Shown in pieces: positions 8,721-20,000 of a DNA stretch of 64,000 bases (positions are counted from its first letter, which is position 1; each line of letters starts with the position of its first letter). The notes under the pieces are model-generated. The model worked only from the letters and a program-made list of their open reading frames with translations. It ran no database searches and had not been told where the DNA came from. The stretch covers positions 6,271,244 through 6,335,243 of the forward strand of contig OX337229.1 in NCBI GenBank assembly GCA_946965045.2. The letters are read 5' to 3'. The DNA comes from Epithemia pelagica. Its lineage: Eukaryota; Protista; Bacillariophyta. The position numbers and the translations under genes were made by a program.

Positions 8721-11351
8721 TTAGTTGTCTTTCGTAACGACCATTCCACGAAACATGTTGCGGGGATCGTTAATGTACTTTGCTCCATCCGGCATTTCCG
8801 TTGTCACAGACTCTTCACCACCCAGTTCATGCAATCGCTCGTCCATCAGTTTTCCCAACTGCTCACGTTCTACAATGGAAAGGGGCTCGTCATTGCAATC
8901 ATGAGTTGGAACTCCTGAGGAATCAAACCACGTGTACTTTGGATGCTTGTGCTTCTTTCGATACCTCGTTTCTGTCGGATCAAATCCATGCTCCTTTGCA
9001 CCAAATAAGGCCCAGACCGGTGTTGGGGCTGTGTAGTCCCGAACGGTGAAAGCATATTTTGAAGCATCGGAGGGATTCTCTGTCATTGCTTTGGAATGTC
9101 GTTTGGCCAACTCATGGAACTTATCGTAATCGATCCATGTGTTCCATTGAACCACCTTTCCTGTCGCAGGATCCGTGTCTGCAAAGAGATCCACGCGGGC
9201 CAAGAGGACACTGCACGAGTGCTGATGTTCACATGCCAAACCATATTCTGGCAAGACTTGTTCGTTCTTGTCCCCTGATTTCAATTGCTGTTCTCGAATC
9301 TTTTGTAGCTCACGTTGCAGCTGCTGTGTCAAGGCCACGACTTCGTGGTGCCATGGTGTATTGGACATGTTCAAATTGGACGCATCCGACTTTCCGCAGA
9401 ACGTTACACCCTTGACTTCTACCAGAGTCACGTGGCCCAATGCAATTAATTGCGCATACCCCTGTAGTTCATCCAAGTTCCAGCCCTTGACCACTGTTAA
9501 CCTAGCGACGGTTCGTTGTCCCTTGTCCTTGAGATATTTCAAAGATTCCCGCAACCGTTCCCATGCATCTTTAAAAAGGGGACGGTCAATTTCAATCAAA
9601 CTCTGTTTGGTGGGTGCATCGACACTGACGTATAATTGGGTTATGGGGCGCAAGGTTTCAATGGCGGCTGGATGCTGTCCATTGGTTACCAAAAACGTGG
9701 ATATTCTTCGGTCATGCAATTCACCCAGTAATTCATGAATGCGTGGGTACATTATGGGTTCGCCTACCAAACTTAAAGCACAGTGACGAACAGTATGTGC
9801 CTCCTGCCATCGATCCATTCGTACTCCGGGAATACCCCGGGTTTCTTGAATCATTTTAATGTGTGTCTGCACGGCTTGCTCCACGATAAAGTCGGGATCA
9901 TCCGTCTTCCATCTCCACTCCTTGCCCACGGGATTCTTGTGGTGTCTCCAACAAAAGACGCATTTGTTGCCACAGGCCAAACTGGGTGTCGCTTCCATGC
10001 ACTGGTAACTGATAATTCCATAGAAACTGTGCTTGTAACAGCCCCCTCTACCGCGTAATTGATGCTTTGTCCAGCGACAAAGTTTCACCGCACTGTGGGT
10101 ACCAATCAATTTGTACCCCTCTTTTTTCAAGGCGGCTGCCTGACTGGGAGTTACCATCTCACGCGGCTCGTTGGTATTCTCACAAGTTTGTCCATTCTTG
10201 CTTTTACTACTACGAGCCATAGCATCACCCATATCTTCCATATCCATGATTTCGGGTTCCTCCTGCTCCTCGTCCGAAAAGTCGTCCTCGTCGTCGAATA
10301 CATCCTCCTCCTCATCGTCTTCCTCCAGAACGTCCTGCCGCTGGTCCTTGGATTGACAGCATCCTTCTTCCTTGCCATTTGTATTAGTGTCTGTTTTACA
10401 TCCACACGAAGAATCCTTGCCCTCGTCCACCGTTTGGAGTGTCGTCGTCGGAATCTGCCTCTTGGTACGCTGTGCTGGTTCCTTTTTTTGAATTTGTTGC
10501 ACGAGATTTGCCAACCACGATTGGTAGGTGTCCCAGGCATGCGTTCCCACAGCCGAATCTCCCACTTGCAATCGTACAATGCACTTGGCTCCCAAGGTTT
10601 GCAGCTGTCGGACGGCTTCTCGTGCCGGTCGTCCTAGAGTGCCATCGTCGTAGGCCGACGAGCCCACACCCAAAATACCCACCTGAATCTTGCCCTTGAG
10701 GGGATGTTTGGCAATCCGCCAATCCGTATCCAATTCTTGCAAGGCAGATTGCAAGGGAACAGAGGGTGGCGTCCAGGCTCCTTCCGTATACGTGGGCAAC
10801 AAAATTAGCAAAATTGGCAAGGCGTTGGTCGTTGATCGTTTGGAAAGGCCAGTGTCATCGTCTTGACTGTCATCGTTGATGAGTTCATCCCACCAATCAA
10901 TTTCTGGAATGGCCGCCAGTTGCACATGACGATGAGGAAACTTTGTTTGCCTTCCTTGTTGCATAAATTCCAAAAAGGCTTGCCACAAAATATCTCGATC
11001 TTGTTCTTCTTGTACCGGTCCATTGGTCCCATTTGTTCCCAACAAGGCTCGAATATAAATATCTTGCGCCTTGCGTTTGCGTTCTCGATCTTGCGCAAAT
11101 TGGGCAAAGGACAACCACACGGTTCCGACACTACCCGCCACTGGACAATGCGTCGCTTGTTCGTAGGCTTCCATGGCCGACTTGAATTGTTGACAAGAGG
11201 ACAAAAATTCGGCATAGGCGAGCCAGAGTGTCACAATGGCTTGTTGCAGAGTATCATACTCCATGCGGTTGTTATTGTTGTTGTTGTTGGCCAATAGTTC
11301 GCGAGCATCGTCCACCCACGTCAACAAGGCCGATTGAAAATTCAAAGTCAT
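8721..11351 (-). CDS. TYW1: tRNA 4-demethylwyosine synthase TYW1 (partial flavodoxin + radical SAM + wyosine-formation domain) with an N-terminal HAT/TPR-like fragment in the same frame
   Basis: Hallmark motifs GYKLIGTHSAVKLCRWTK, GCYKHSFYGI, radical-SAM CGNKCVFC, HCALSLVGEP, STFLVTNG and EVKGVTFCG. Flavodoxin-like LLPTYTEG and LGVGSSAY. The first ~140 aa resemble HAT repeats (LWLAYAEF...AYEQA, VWLSFAQF...IYIRAL, LWQAFLEF). Confidence 0.92.
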   Translation of the reverse strand: MTLNFQSALLTWVDDARELLANNNNNNNRMEYDTLQQAIVTLWLAYAEFLSSCQQFKSAMEAYEQATHCPVAGSVGTVWLSFAQFAQDRERKRKAQDIYIRALLGTNGTNGPVQEEQDRDILWQAFLEFMQQGRQTKFPHRHVQLAAIPEIDWWDELINDDSQDDDTGLSKRSTTNALPILLILLPTYTEGAWTPPSVPLQSALQELDTDWRIAKHPLKGKIQVGILGVGSSAYDDGTLGRPAREAVRQLQTLGAKCIVRLQVGDSAVGTHAWDTYQSWLANLVQQIQKKEPAQRTKRQIPTTTLQTVDEGKDSSCGCKTDTNTNGKEEGCCQSKDQRQDVLEEDDEEEDVFDDEDDFSDEEQEEPEIMDMEDMGDAMARSSKSKNGQTCENTNEPREMVTPSQAAALKKEGYKLIGTHSAVKLCRWTKHQLRGRGGCYKHSFYGIISYQCMEATPSLACGNKCVFCWRHHKNPVGKEWRWKTDDPDFIVEQAVQTHIKMIQETRGIPGVRMDRWQEAHTVRHCALSLVGEPIMYPRIHELLGELHDRRISTFLVTNGQHPAAIETLRPITQLYVSVDAPTKQSLIEIDRPLFKDAWERLRESLKYLKDKGQRTVARLTVVKGWNLDELQGYAQLIALGHVTLVEVKGVTFCGKSDASNLNMSNTPWHHEVVALTQQLQRELQKIREQQLKSGDKNEQVLPEYGLACEHQHSCSVLLARVDLFADTDPATGKVVQWNTWIDYDKFHELAKRHSKAMTENPSDASKYAFTVRDYTAPTPVWALFGAKEHGFDPTETRYRKKHKHPKYTWFDSSGVPTHDCNDEPLSIVEREQLGKLMDERLHELGGEESVTTEMPDGAKYINDPRNMFRGMVVTKDN

Positions 11352-14163
11352 ACTTTTCCGTTTACTTGTTTTGAGCCGCTTGAATCACCACATTGGGGTC
11401 GTATTTGTTGGTGGATTGTTGCAATTCGTTTGTCGAGGACATGTTGAGTGTCTTTGTGGCTCGCTGCTGGTGAGTCTGTGAGAGGTGAACAGCGGATGCG
11501 TTTCATGGAGCTGTGGATGGAGTCTCTGTGGGGTAAGGTATCGTCTCCGGAGTTTTTGGCTGATGAATCCAGTATAAAATCAAGAATAAATGGAATTTGG
11601 ACGGAAAAAAGCCAAAATCTATTTCAAATTTGAAATCACGTTTCGGAATCAAGTTTTCCAAAGAGATCCATACGCACACAATGGGTTGATCCACACAGAT
11701 CTTTCCACCTTCGTCCTTTCTACTCCATTTCTCAACGTTATGCTCTCTACGGAAATCCTCTCTCAGCGTGTCCACTTAGCAGCAGCAAAAGCAGAATGTC
11801 CAACCGGAATGGAAAATGGTGCTTTCGGTACGACCGACCTTCCTCATCGCCCCATCTGGTACGTGATTGTGTCGAGCGTGTGGTGGTGGTTGTGGTTGTT
11901 TTGCCTCTCACTCTCTTTTTCCTGGACGAACGGCCGTCATGACCATTCATGACATGGGACGAGTCCAAGAAAAGATTCTCTTGCATACGCTCGCCACCAA
12001 ACAAGATATGCATGCCTTGATGCAGCGCAAGGGATTTGTCCAAAAGAAGCCAAGTTTGCAATCCGAACAAACGACACGGGCGACACTCGAACGGTTGAAA
12101 CAATCATCAACAATCGATTTAACGACACGGTCCATTCTTCGAAGTGGTGCCGCCAGTACAACGGCAAATAATCTCGCACAACGCCATACGGACGAGGAAT
12201 TGCTCCGACTGGTGGGGGGAGACGGTCGTGAAATGGTTGTGTATGTCGTCGATGGGGAGTCGCTAAATGGTAAAACAAACTGGGGAATATCCCAACGGTC
12301 CACGGACCTACAAACGGTCTGTTGAGCCAATTGGAAATGAGATGTGTAATCAATGGGATGGAACGCATACACCATTCATAGCGATGCAGAATAACTGTTG
12401 CGTCCAAGAATAAGCGACTTGTTTTGTTTTGCAAAGCAGGCATGATAACGCAGCTCGCTTTTGCAAGCCTCGTTTTCATGACTTGATCTATACTTGGCTT
12501 CATCTTTTGCTTCAACGTCATGGGCTGAAACAAAGGTGCCCTCCAAGTACAAGAGCACGACAGCGGCATTCGTGTTGGAAAGTTCCATCTCTCGTCGGGA
12601 TCCCATTGCTGTTTCACCACAAACAACAACAAAAACGAATGTTTGTTACAGGGTTTGATGAAACAGCCGTGAGTTGTCGCATGCAAGTGAGGCTCCTCCA
12701 TTCCCAAACGCATCACTACTGATCTGAGTCAAGTCTATGAGGATGCGATGGCGCGTTGAAATCGAGCAGACTCAAGTCTCAATATTGCTATACGAAGACC
12801 CCCTTTCCAAAGTTTGGTCCCATGCTGTCGAGCCGTCTGGTATCGATCCTACCCGAGTACCTACCTAGTTTCGCAAGGACACGTCATCATGTGTCATGAG
12901 TCTCTGGGTGGTCACACGACCCCGCACTGCAGGACGATACCAAAAGAGGCAGTGACTCTCTCCGACCCACCACCACCACCACCCTCTGTGTGTGGTAACA
13001 CCACTCGACACACTCCATTCCATTCCGATACTCTTCCACCCACCCACCCACACAACCAACCACAACAACAGGATATCTCGATGGACAACGGTCCACAGCG
13101 TGTCGCGTTGGGTATATCGCCTGACCAGAAACCTAGTTCCGTCGGTACTCTCAAACCACCAGCACCCTCGGTCAGTACCCAATACAACGCATACGAATAC
13201 GAAACCCCATTTTTAGGGACACACATGTAGGAATGGTTCTGGAATGCGTCTAGGGAGGCAAAAAGTCCTACTAGTGGTCCCGAGCATGTGCACCATGGTT
13301 GTGGACGATTCTTCCAGGCGCACACAACTCTTCTAGCTAGTCGCTATCCCTAGGGTTTGTTGTGGTTGTTGTATTCGCAAGGCAGGTAGATGATTGTTTC
13401 TTGGGAGTGTATTCCAAAGTCCATCCTGGTGGCAATGCTTCTCTTCTCTACTAGGAGTAGGCTGGATGATGGGAGTAGAGGCGTGTTCTTTGAAGGAATG
13501 TGTAGCTAGGAGAATGCCAAAAAATGGCGACACAAAAAGGGGAGAGGCCCAGCCTTTTTTCGACACACCATAACAAAAGGCCATTGAGGCGGCCCTTTTG
13601 GTTGTTTTGTGTTCCACGTGTCGATTGTGGGAGTCGCGTGTGGTACTCGCTTCCAACAACCCTGCATCCCCTTTTTCCCGTCTCAATTTCCGAGTCTACC
13701 CAGGAAAATGCCGTTTATGTAGGATAAAATGTGTAGTTTCTCTCCTCGTCGGCCTTGGAACGGGAAAAAGATCCTCGACATATCCAGCAAACGGGACGGA
13801 ATGTGCCGGGAAATTGATGACGCGCTGCTTTTTCGTTCGTCCGTTCCACACTCACGTCAGTGACTTTGCACTACGTTCCAGCAGACAGAACTTTTGAATT
13901 CACACTATGGAGTATAGTATACAATTCTGTGTTGGTTGAGGATTAAGGCTTTTCGGGCTCAAAAGGAGCCGTGTCTGACAAACAGCCGGTCGATGCGACA
14001 TCGTGGCAGAGATTCGTCCCCGTCGCAAGATTCCAAAAGTGCACCACGCACGACGAAGGATAGCATTCGACTGCAACCCTTGACGGCCACACGATACCTT
14101 CCACTTCTCACTCATTCTCATTGCAAGATCCTGGTACGTGCAACGCTCTCTCGTCTTTTTTTT

Positions 14164-14164
<1 letters not shown>

Positions 14165-14196
<32 letters not shown>
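14165..14196. repeat. (GAC)n microsatellite upstream of the aldolase gene
   Basis: About 10 tandem GAC/CGA units. Confidence 0.9.
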
Positions 14197-14197
<1 letters not shown>

Positions 14198-14323
14198 TTT
14201 CACGATCCAGCACGACGACGACGACAACCCGCCCTTACTCATTGGTCATTGCTTGTTCCTTTTTCTATTCTCTTGCTGCTCTCATAATCTCTTGGAATCC
14301 TTTTTTAGTAAATCATCTTCATC

Positions 14324-15214
14324 ATGCCCAACGCGGAACAAACGGAAAAGATTGCTTCCGGTCAAGGTTTCTTGGCCGCCTTGGACCAATCGGGTGGGAG
14401 TACCCCCAAGGCCTTGGGCTTGTACGGTGTGACCGAAGACATGTTTACGCCCGACACCATGTTTGATGTCATTCACGAAATGCGTACCCGCATCATGACA
14501 GCCAAGGGCTTTACCGGCGACCGTGTCTTGGGTGCCATTTTGTTTGAAAATACCATGGACCGGACCGTCGAGGGCAAGCCGAGTGCCGAATACTTGTGGG
14601 ACGTCAAGCAAGTGGTGCCCTTTTTGAAATGCGACAAGGGCTTGCAAGAATTGGCCAATGGCGTGCAACTCATGAAACCCATGCCGCATTTGGACGACTT
14701 GATGGAACGGGCCTCCAAGGCGGGCATTTTTGGCACCAAGATGCGCAGTGTCATTAAGGAAGCCAATGAAGAAGGCATCCAGGCCATTGTTGCGCAACAA
14801 TTTGAAATTGGCAAGCAAATTTTGAGCCATGGATTGGTGCCCATCATTGAACCCGAAGTCGACATTAAAAGTCCCACCAAGCAAGAATGCGAAGACATTC
14901 TCAAGGCGGCCATTCTCAAGGAATTGGATGCCTTGGACGACGGCATTCAAGTCATGTTGAAATTGTCCTTGCCCAGCACGGTCAACTTTTACAAGGAATG
15001 CGTCGATCATCCCAAATGCCTCAAGGTCGTGGCCTTGTCGGGTGGTTATGCCCGGGAGGAGGCCAATGCCATTTTGGCCCAACAAACGGGCATGATTGGA
15101 TCCTTTTCGCGAGCCTTGACGGAAGGTTTGACCAAGCAAATGTCGGATGACGACTTTGAAGCCACCTTGGACAAGACCATTCAAGGCATTTACGAAGCCT
15201 CCATTGCCGGTTAA
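14324..15214 (+). CDS. fda: Fructose-1,6-bisphosphate aldolase class I, bacterial (Fda) type, predicted cytosolic (diatom Fba4-like), 296 aa
   Basis: GFLAALDQSGGSTPKAL, RVLGAILFE, VPFLKCDKGL, FGTKMRSVI, GLVPIIEPEV, VMLKLSLP, VVALSGGY and SFSRAL are characteristic of the bacterial class I family. An in-frame TAA at 14309-14311 rules out an N-terminal targeting extension in this exon. Confidence 0.95.
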   Translation: MPNAEQTEKIASGQGFLAALDQSGGSTPKALGLYGVTEDMFTPDTMFDVIHEMRTRIMTAKGFTGDRVLGAILFENTMDRTVEGKPSAEYLWDVKQVVPFLKCDKGLQELANGVQLMKPMPHLDDLMERASKAGIFGTKMRSVIKEANEEGIQAIVAQQFEIGKQILSHGLVPIIEPEVDIKSPTKQECEDILKAAILKELDALDDGIQVMLKLSLPSTVNFYKECVDHPKCLKVVALSGGYAREEANAILAQQTGMIGSFSRALTEGLTKQMSDDDFEATLDKTIQGIYEASIAG

Positions 15215-15220
15215 GTGCTG

Positions 15221-15275
15221 GCGTGTGTGTGTGTGTGTGTGTGAGCCATGGTTGGAGGAAGTGTGTGTGTGTAAT
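15221..15275. repeat. (GT)n microsatellites just after the aldolase stop codon
   Basis: Two runs of gtgtgt directly after the TAA at 15212-15214. Confidence 0.85.
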
Positions 15276-17032
15276 GTTCCATGACATACACAAGGACGAC
15301 GACCAGGATCCATACCCTACTGCCTAACAGTATCCCCAAACGACGACTATAAAAGAAACGCGCGCTATGGAATTGAACGAACTTGTAGAATCCATACATG
15401 GAATCGTATGTTGATAACACAAACTAATGATACCTTGCCTGTGCGATCCGACTAGAGTGACATACAAGAGAGAAGCAAACTCTTCCTGAATGTCTTGGCC
15501 ACGAGGCGCAGTCACTCATCTTTGATTCGCCGTAGGATTGGTCCAAGCTCACCCATCAATTCGTCTTGTTGGCAACGACCAAAAAAAGGGAACGACCAAG
15601 TGCAAGGACCTCGTCGTTCACAACTTCTCGTTCGCGCGCTAGTCGGCGTTCCACCTTCCAACGTTCAAGGGATTTCTGCCGGACGGTCATTCTGTAGTAG
15701 GTCGTCCAGATAAAAGAAAGAGTCCCTCGAGCGTCTAGAAACAGATGGAATCTATCAAGACGAGACACCCCAAACGCTCGAGTTGGACAAAGGAGCCTCC
15801 TTTGTCCAAATCGAGCGATTCGGGTGTCTCGTTTTGGTAGATTCCATCTCCAGCCAGGGATAGAATTCCAAATCACATCACAGTGGCACTCCACTGCGGA
15901 TGATTGCACTCCCGTTTCCGGTCCGTCTGGTCCGCAAAAAGCCGTCACAGGACTTTGTGGTGGGAGTCGTTTGGTATGTGTTGTGGTTGCCGCGAGGAGT
16001 ATATTCTCTCGTCCTTGACCACCACCACCACCACCACCACGACTCTTATGCTGGGCGAAACCAACCGACTGGAGGAGCAAACCGCATTCGCAACACAAGA
16101 ACAAGAAGGAGGAGGTGCTGGTCGTGTCAAACTACTCATTCGGATGGGTTCCCCCAAAACATCACTGCTGGTCTTGCCACACGAGTAATAGAGGGGTTCC
16201 TTCTTGGAGAGACAAGGGAAACTAGTACGGCGAAAGCAGTGTTGTGTGGTCCCACACACAACGAATGCTCTAGCTAGACGCAGTTTCCCGAATTTCGTTT
16301 TACAACTTGTCGTTGTTGTTGTTGTTGTTGAGAACCAGTAACAACACTTGTCCTCCTCCGCGTTCCACCACAAGCTCCCAATGGGTGGACGTACATTGAC
16401 TGGATCATTCAGTAGGAGGAATCGCAGCACTACTTCTGGCGCGGCAAATCCTAATTTGGTTCCAGAGTTGGGGGACACAACGAGAACAGAAGAAGAAGAA
16501 GAGGAAGGATGGGAGTACTTGGTTGTGTGCGTCTTGGTCCATTCGACAACAACAACAACAACAGAATATGTAATATATACCTAGTCTCTTGTGTTGTGCA
16601 TCCAAGACTTGAGCGATTTTGTGTGTCACACAACACGATATCCTTTGCTCATCTCTTGGGGCCTTTTCGTGGTTTGGGCATATACAACATTTGAAATCAC
16701 AATGACTCCACCTATGGATTTGGAGCCGTTGGGACTGTAGAAAGTATACTTTAGTACGATGTCAAGGGTCATTGGTAATAGAGTTCGTTCCCCCCGTTTC
16801 CCCTAACAACTAATAACGCCGTCACGCGCATCAACAACAGAACAATATAGCACCTTTGTAATACCTTCCTCCCCTCCAATTGCTCGTTTGGAAAGGCTCT
16901 TTTGTGTCCGACAACAACAAGAACAAGAAGAACAACAACAAGAACGATCGGGCTTGTGTGTGTGTCCAGATCTCTGTTTGATTCTTGTTGTGATTGCCAA
17001 AGAGCGAAACGAGAAATCTTGCTAGGTATTAG

Positions 17033-20000
17033 TTGCAGTTTTTTTGTGAAATCGAGAAAATGGTGTCATCACCACTACTCCAACCACCACCACAACCTTT
17101 GAAGCGACGACGGCGGCAACCGCCGAGTACCAACCACAACCACAACAACAACCGGGGACGACAAGAGGACCACCCATTGTGGTTTGAGTGCCAGAATCGA
17201 AACGACAACAACCACAAGAACCTCTGTACGAACCACTGGAATGGGTGGTGGTTCTGTTTCTTCCACAATCCAGACGACAAGTGTCCAGGGGGAATAGGAC
17301 CTTGTCGTCGTCTGGAGGGTGACCGAGTTTGGAACAGCAACAAGAAGGGAATTCGAGCCGAAATGACAGGGAACACAACCAAAACAACGATACGAAGAAG
17401 GCGCAGTCGCAACCGCCATGAGACTCCACTCTACGGGCGGTTCGGTTTCGTTTGGCTCGTGGTATGGTTGTCGGTTCTGGGAACCGCTGCAGTTGCAGCA
17501 GTAACCACACACGACGAACCCCAACAAGCACAAGAAGAAGGACATGCGCAAGAACAAACACGACAACGACGACTGGGTCGAGGAATGATGGGTGCCACAC
17601 CTCCACCATCACCACCATTGTCTCCAACGACCCGACGGAGCAGCAGGAGGATTGGTTCTTCTTCTTCTTCTTCACCACCCGAGCTAGTACACTCGCAGCA
17701 AACTCAAACGCAACCACACAAAAAGCAACCACAACAACAACCACAAGGATACATTCGACGTGCCAATCGAGCCCTCCGCGATTCGCAAAAGCCTCGACAT
17801 GACGACAACGACACTAACGAGTCTACTACGACGACAACAACAACAACCACTCGACACACTCGGCGAAACTTGCGTTCGTCGTCGTCCTCCTCCTCTTTGT
17901 CTATTCCTAGGGCCAATAGCAACCACAAGAGTGACAAGAATCACGACCACAAGGTCCCGGAGCAACGGTCCACCAATATTCGTAGAAAAAGGAGGAAGAG
18001 TGACACCACCAATCATTCTCCTGCTGGTACCAACAACCACAACAATACCAGCAACAGTTCTGTCACGACAACCACCACCACAATACAACAACAACAACGA
18101 GCGTTGCGTCGTCCCTCGAACCGTCATGCGAATGCGGAACGAGTCCTTCTTACCACGAATACGACTCATCGCATTTACTTTGACGCGGTGCAGGTGCAAA
18201 TCAATATGGTCTTGCCCATTGCCTGTACCGATGCGGGGGCGGCCACGGTTCGCAATGCGGCTCAGGTCGTGTTGCACACGGTACTTGTGGACACTGCGGC
18301 CAATGACACGAATACGACGACTTGTGAAACACAATGGAATCAATTGCAACTCGTCTTGTTTCCCAATGCCAGTAGTGCCACGACGACTACGACGACGACG
18401 AGGGATTGGACGCCGGTCGATTTGATTGTGGGAGTTCCTGGTACCTGTCTCAACAACCAGAACGCCACCAGCAACATGTGGATTGAGTTGCCCGGAGGCG
18501 TCTTGGAATACGAAACCACTCGAGTAATACCTCTCGTCGTCAATGATTCTCTGGTGGAGGCACAAGCTTCGGCCTTGGTCCAAGACTGTGTGGAATCCAT
18601 TTTGGGTTCGACCGCCATGGTCTCGGAATTGCAATCCAGTTATGCCTTTGTGTCGGGCGTCCAAGTGGTGCCCGACCCCACCCTGGCTCCTTCGGTACAA
18701 CCATCGGCGGTCCCCACGGCATCCGTGGCGCCTTCCACGACAGCTCCCACAATCACACCCACTACAGTTCCCACAATGACAGCTCCCACAACGGCAGTTC
18801 CCAGTCGTAGTCCCACAACTGCACCTATCACAGCCATACCCACGACCAGTAGGCCCACAACGAGCGCACCCGTGTCGTCGCCATCGTTGGTACCCACAAC
18901 ATCACCAGTGGCCAGCACCAACGTGCCGTCGGAACGTCCGTCGGAACAACAAGCCTTGTTACAACCGTCTCCCACGGCCGCTCCTTCCCAGACTGCAGCA
19001 ACCTCAACAACTGTTCCGACGAGTTCCTCCACAGTACCCCCGACGAATAACCGGCCAACAACGACAATGCCCACGCCACAAGGTTCCAGTAGCAGTACCA
19101 CCCAAATGCCAACTTCTGCACCAAGTAGTAGTACTACGACCACAACACCATCGTCGCCGAACGTACCCACGGCTCCACCCACACCAACACCATCCTTGGT
19201 GGTGGTCCCCAACGTACCCACTGCCTTACCCACCCAGCCATCTACCGGTACAGACTTTCCAAGCTTTTCAGCGACAAGAGGGAGTCCCTCTCCCACGGCG
19301 ACCACTGCTGTACCAACCACAACACCCTCCAGTGTTCCGACCGTGATTCAAAATCTCCCTCCTTCGTCGGGAGGGACTGGTACTACTCCTACTACCCCTA
19401 CAGTACCTCCATCGTCGTTGGGGATGACAAAGGCTCCGACCAACCTTCCATCCACGGTACCATCATCAGTTCCCTCACTGCATCCCGAACAGACACCGGT
19501 CGTGGTGGCACAGCAACAAGGCACGAACGACGACGATGAATTTGACGAACAAGTGGCCGTTTCGGATCGAACCAATGAGATTGCGGCTTCCAACAATGAC
19601 AATGACAAAGATGGACGGTGGAGTCCCCGACGGTTAGCTCTTGTGGTGATTTGTGGAAGTATCCTTGTTTACTTGCTGCCCTTTACCGTGTCGCTCGTGT
19701 ATGCGTCGGCTCGCACGCAGTATCAAAAGGCCAAGACGAAAAAAGAGGAGCAAGAAAAACAACAACAACAAATGCTACTTCTACAGGCTGGCAATGTCCG
19801 GTTGGATGATCAGGACGACTCGTCGTCGTCATCGTCTGGTACATCGTTGGTGGTCGAACACTTGTTGCACAGAGATGATCGCCATGGACCGGATGGGGCG
19901 GCGGGGTCTAGTCTGGATACCAGTTACACTTATGAAAGTTTCCCTTCCATGGTCTCCTTGAGCGGCAATTCCAAAAAGAACGACGACGGCAAGACCAGAC

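Noticed and set aside
11867-12722. ORFs 11867..12325 (+), 12429..12722 (+) and 11937..12716 (-)
   Set aside because: May be remnants of a decayed gene, but I found no recognisable motif or consistent splice model.
14282-15313. 343-aa ORF antisense to the aldolase
   Set aside because: Typical antisense shadow of a codon-biased gene; no recognisable motifs.
15300-17030. Many overlapping 60-240 aa ORFs
   Set aside because: Driven by CAA/ACC/GTT trinucleotide low-complexity DNA; no coding signal.
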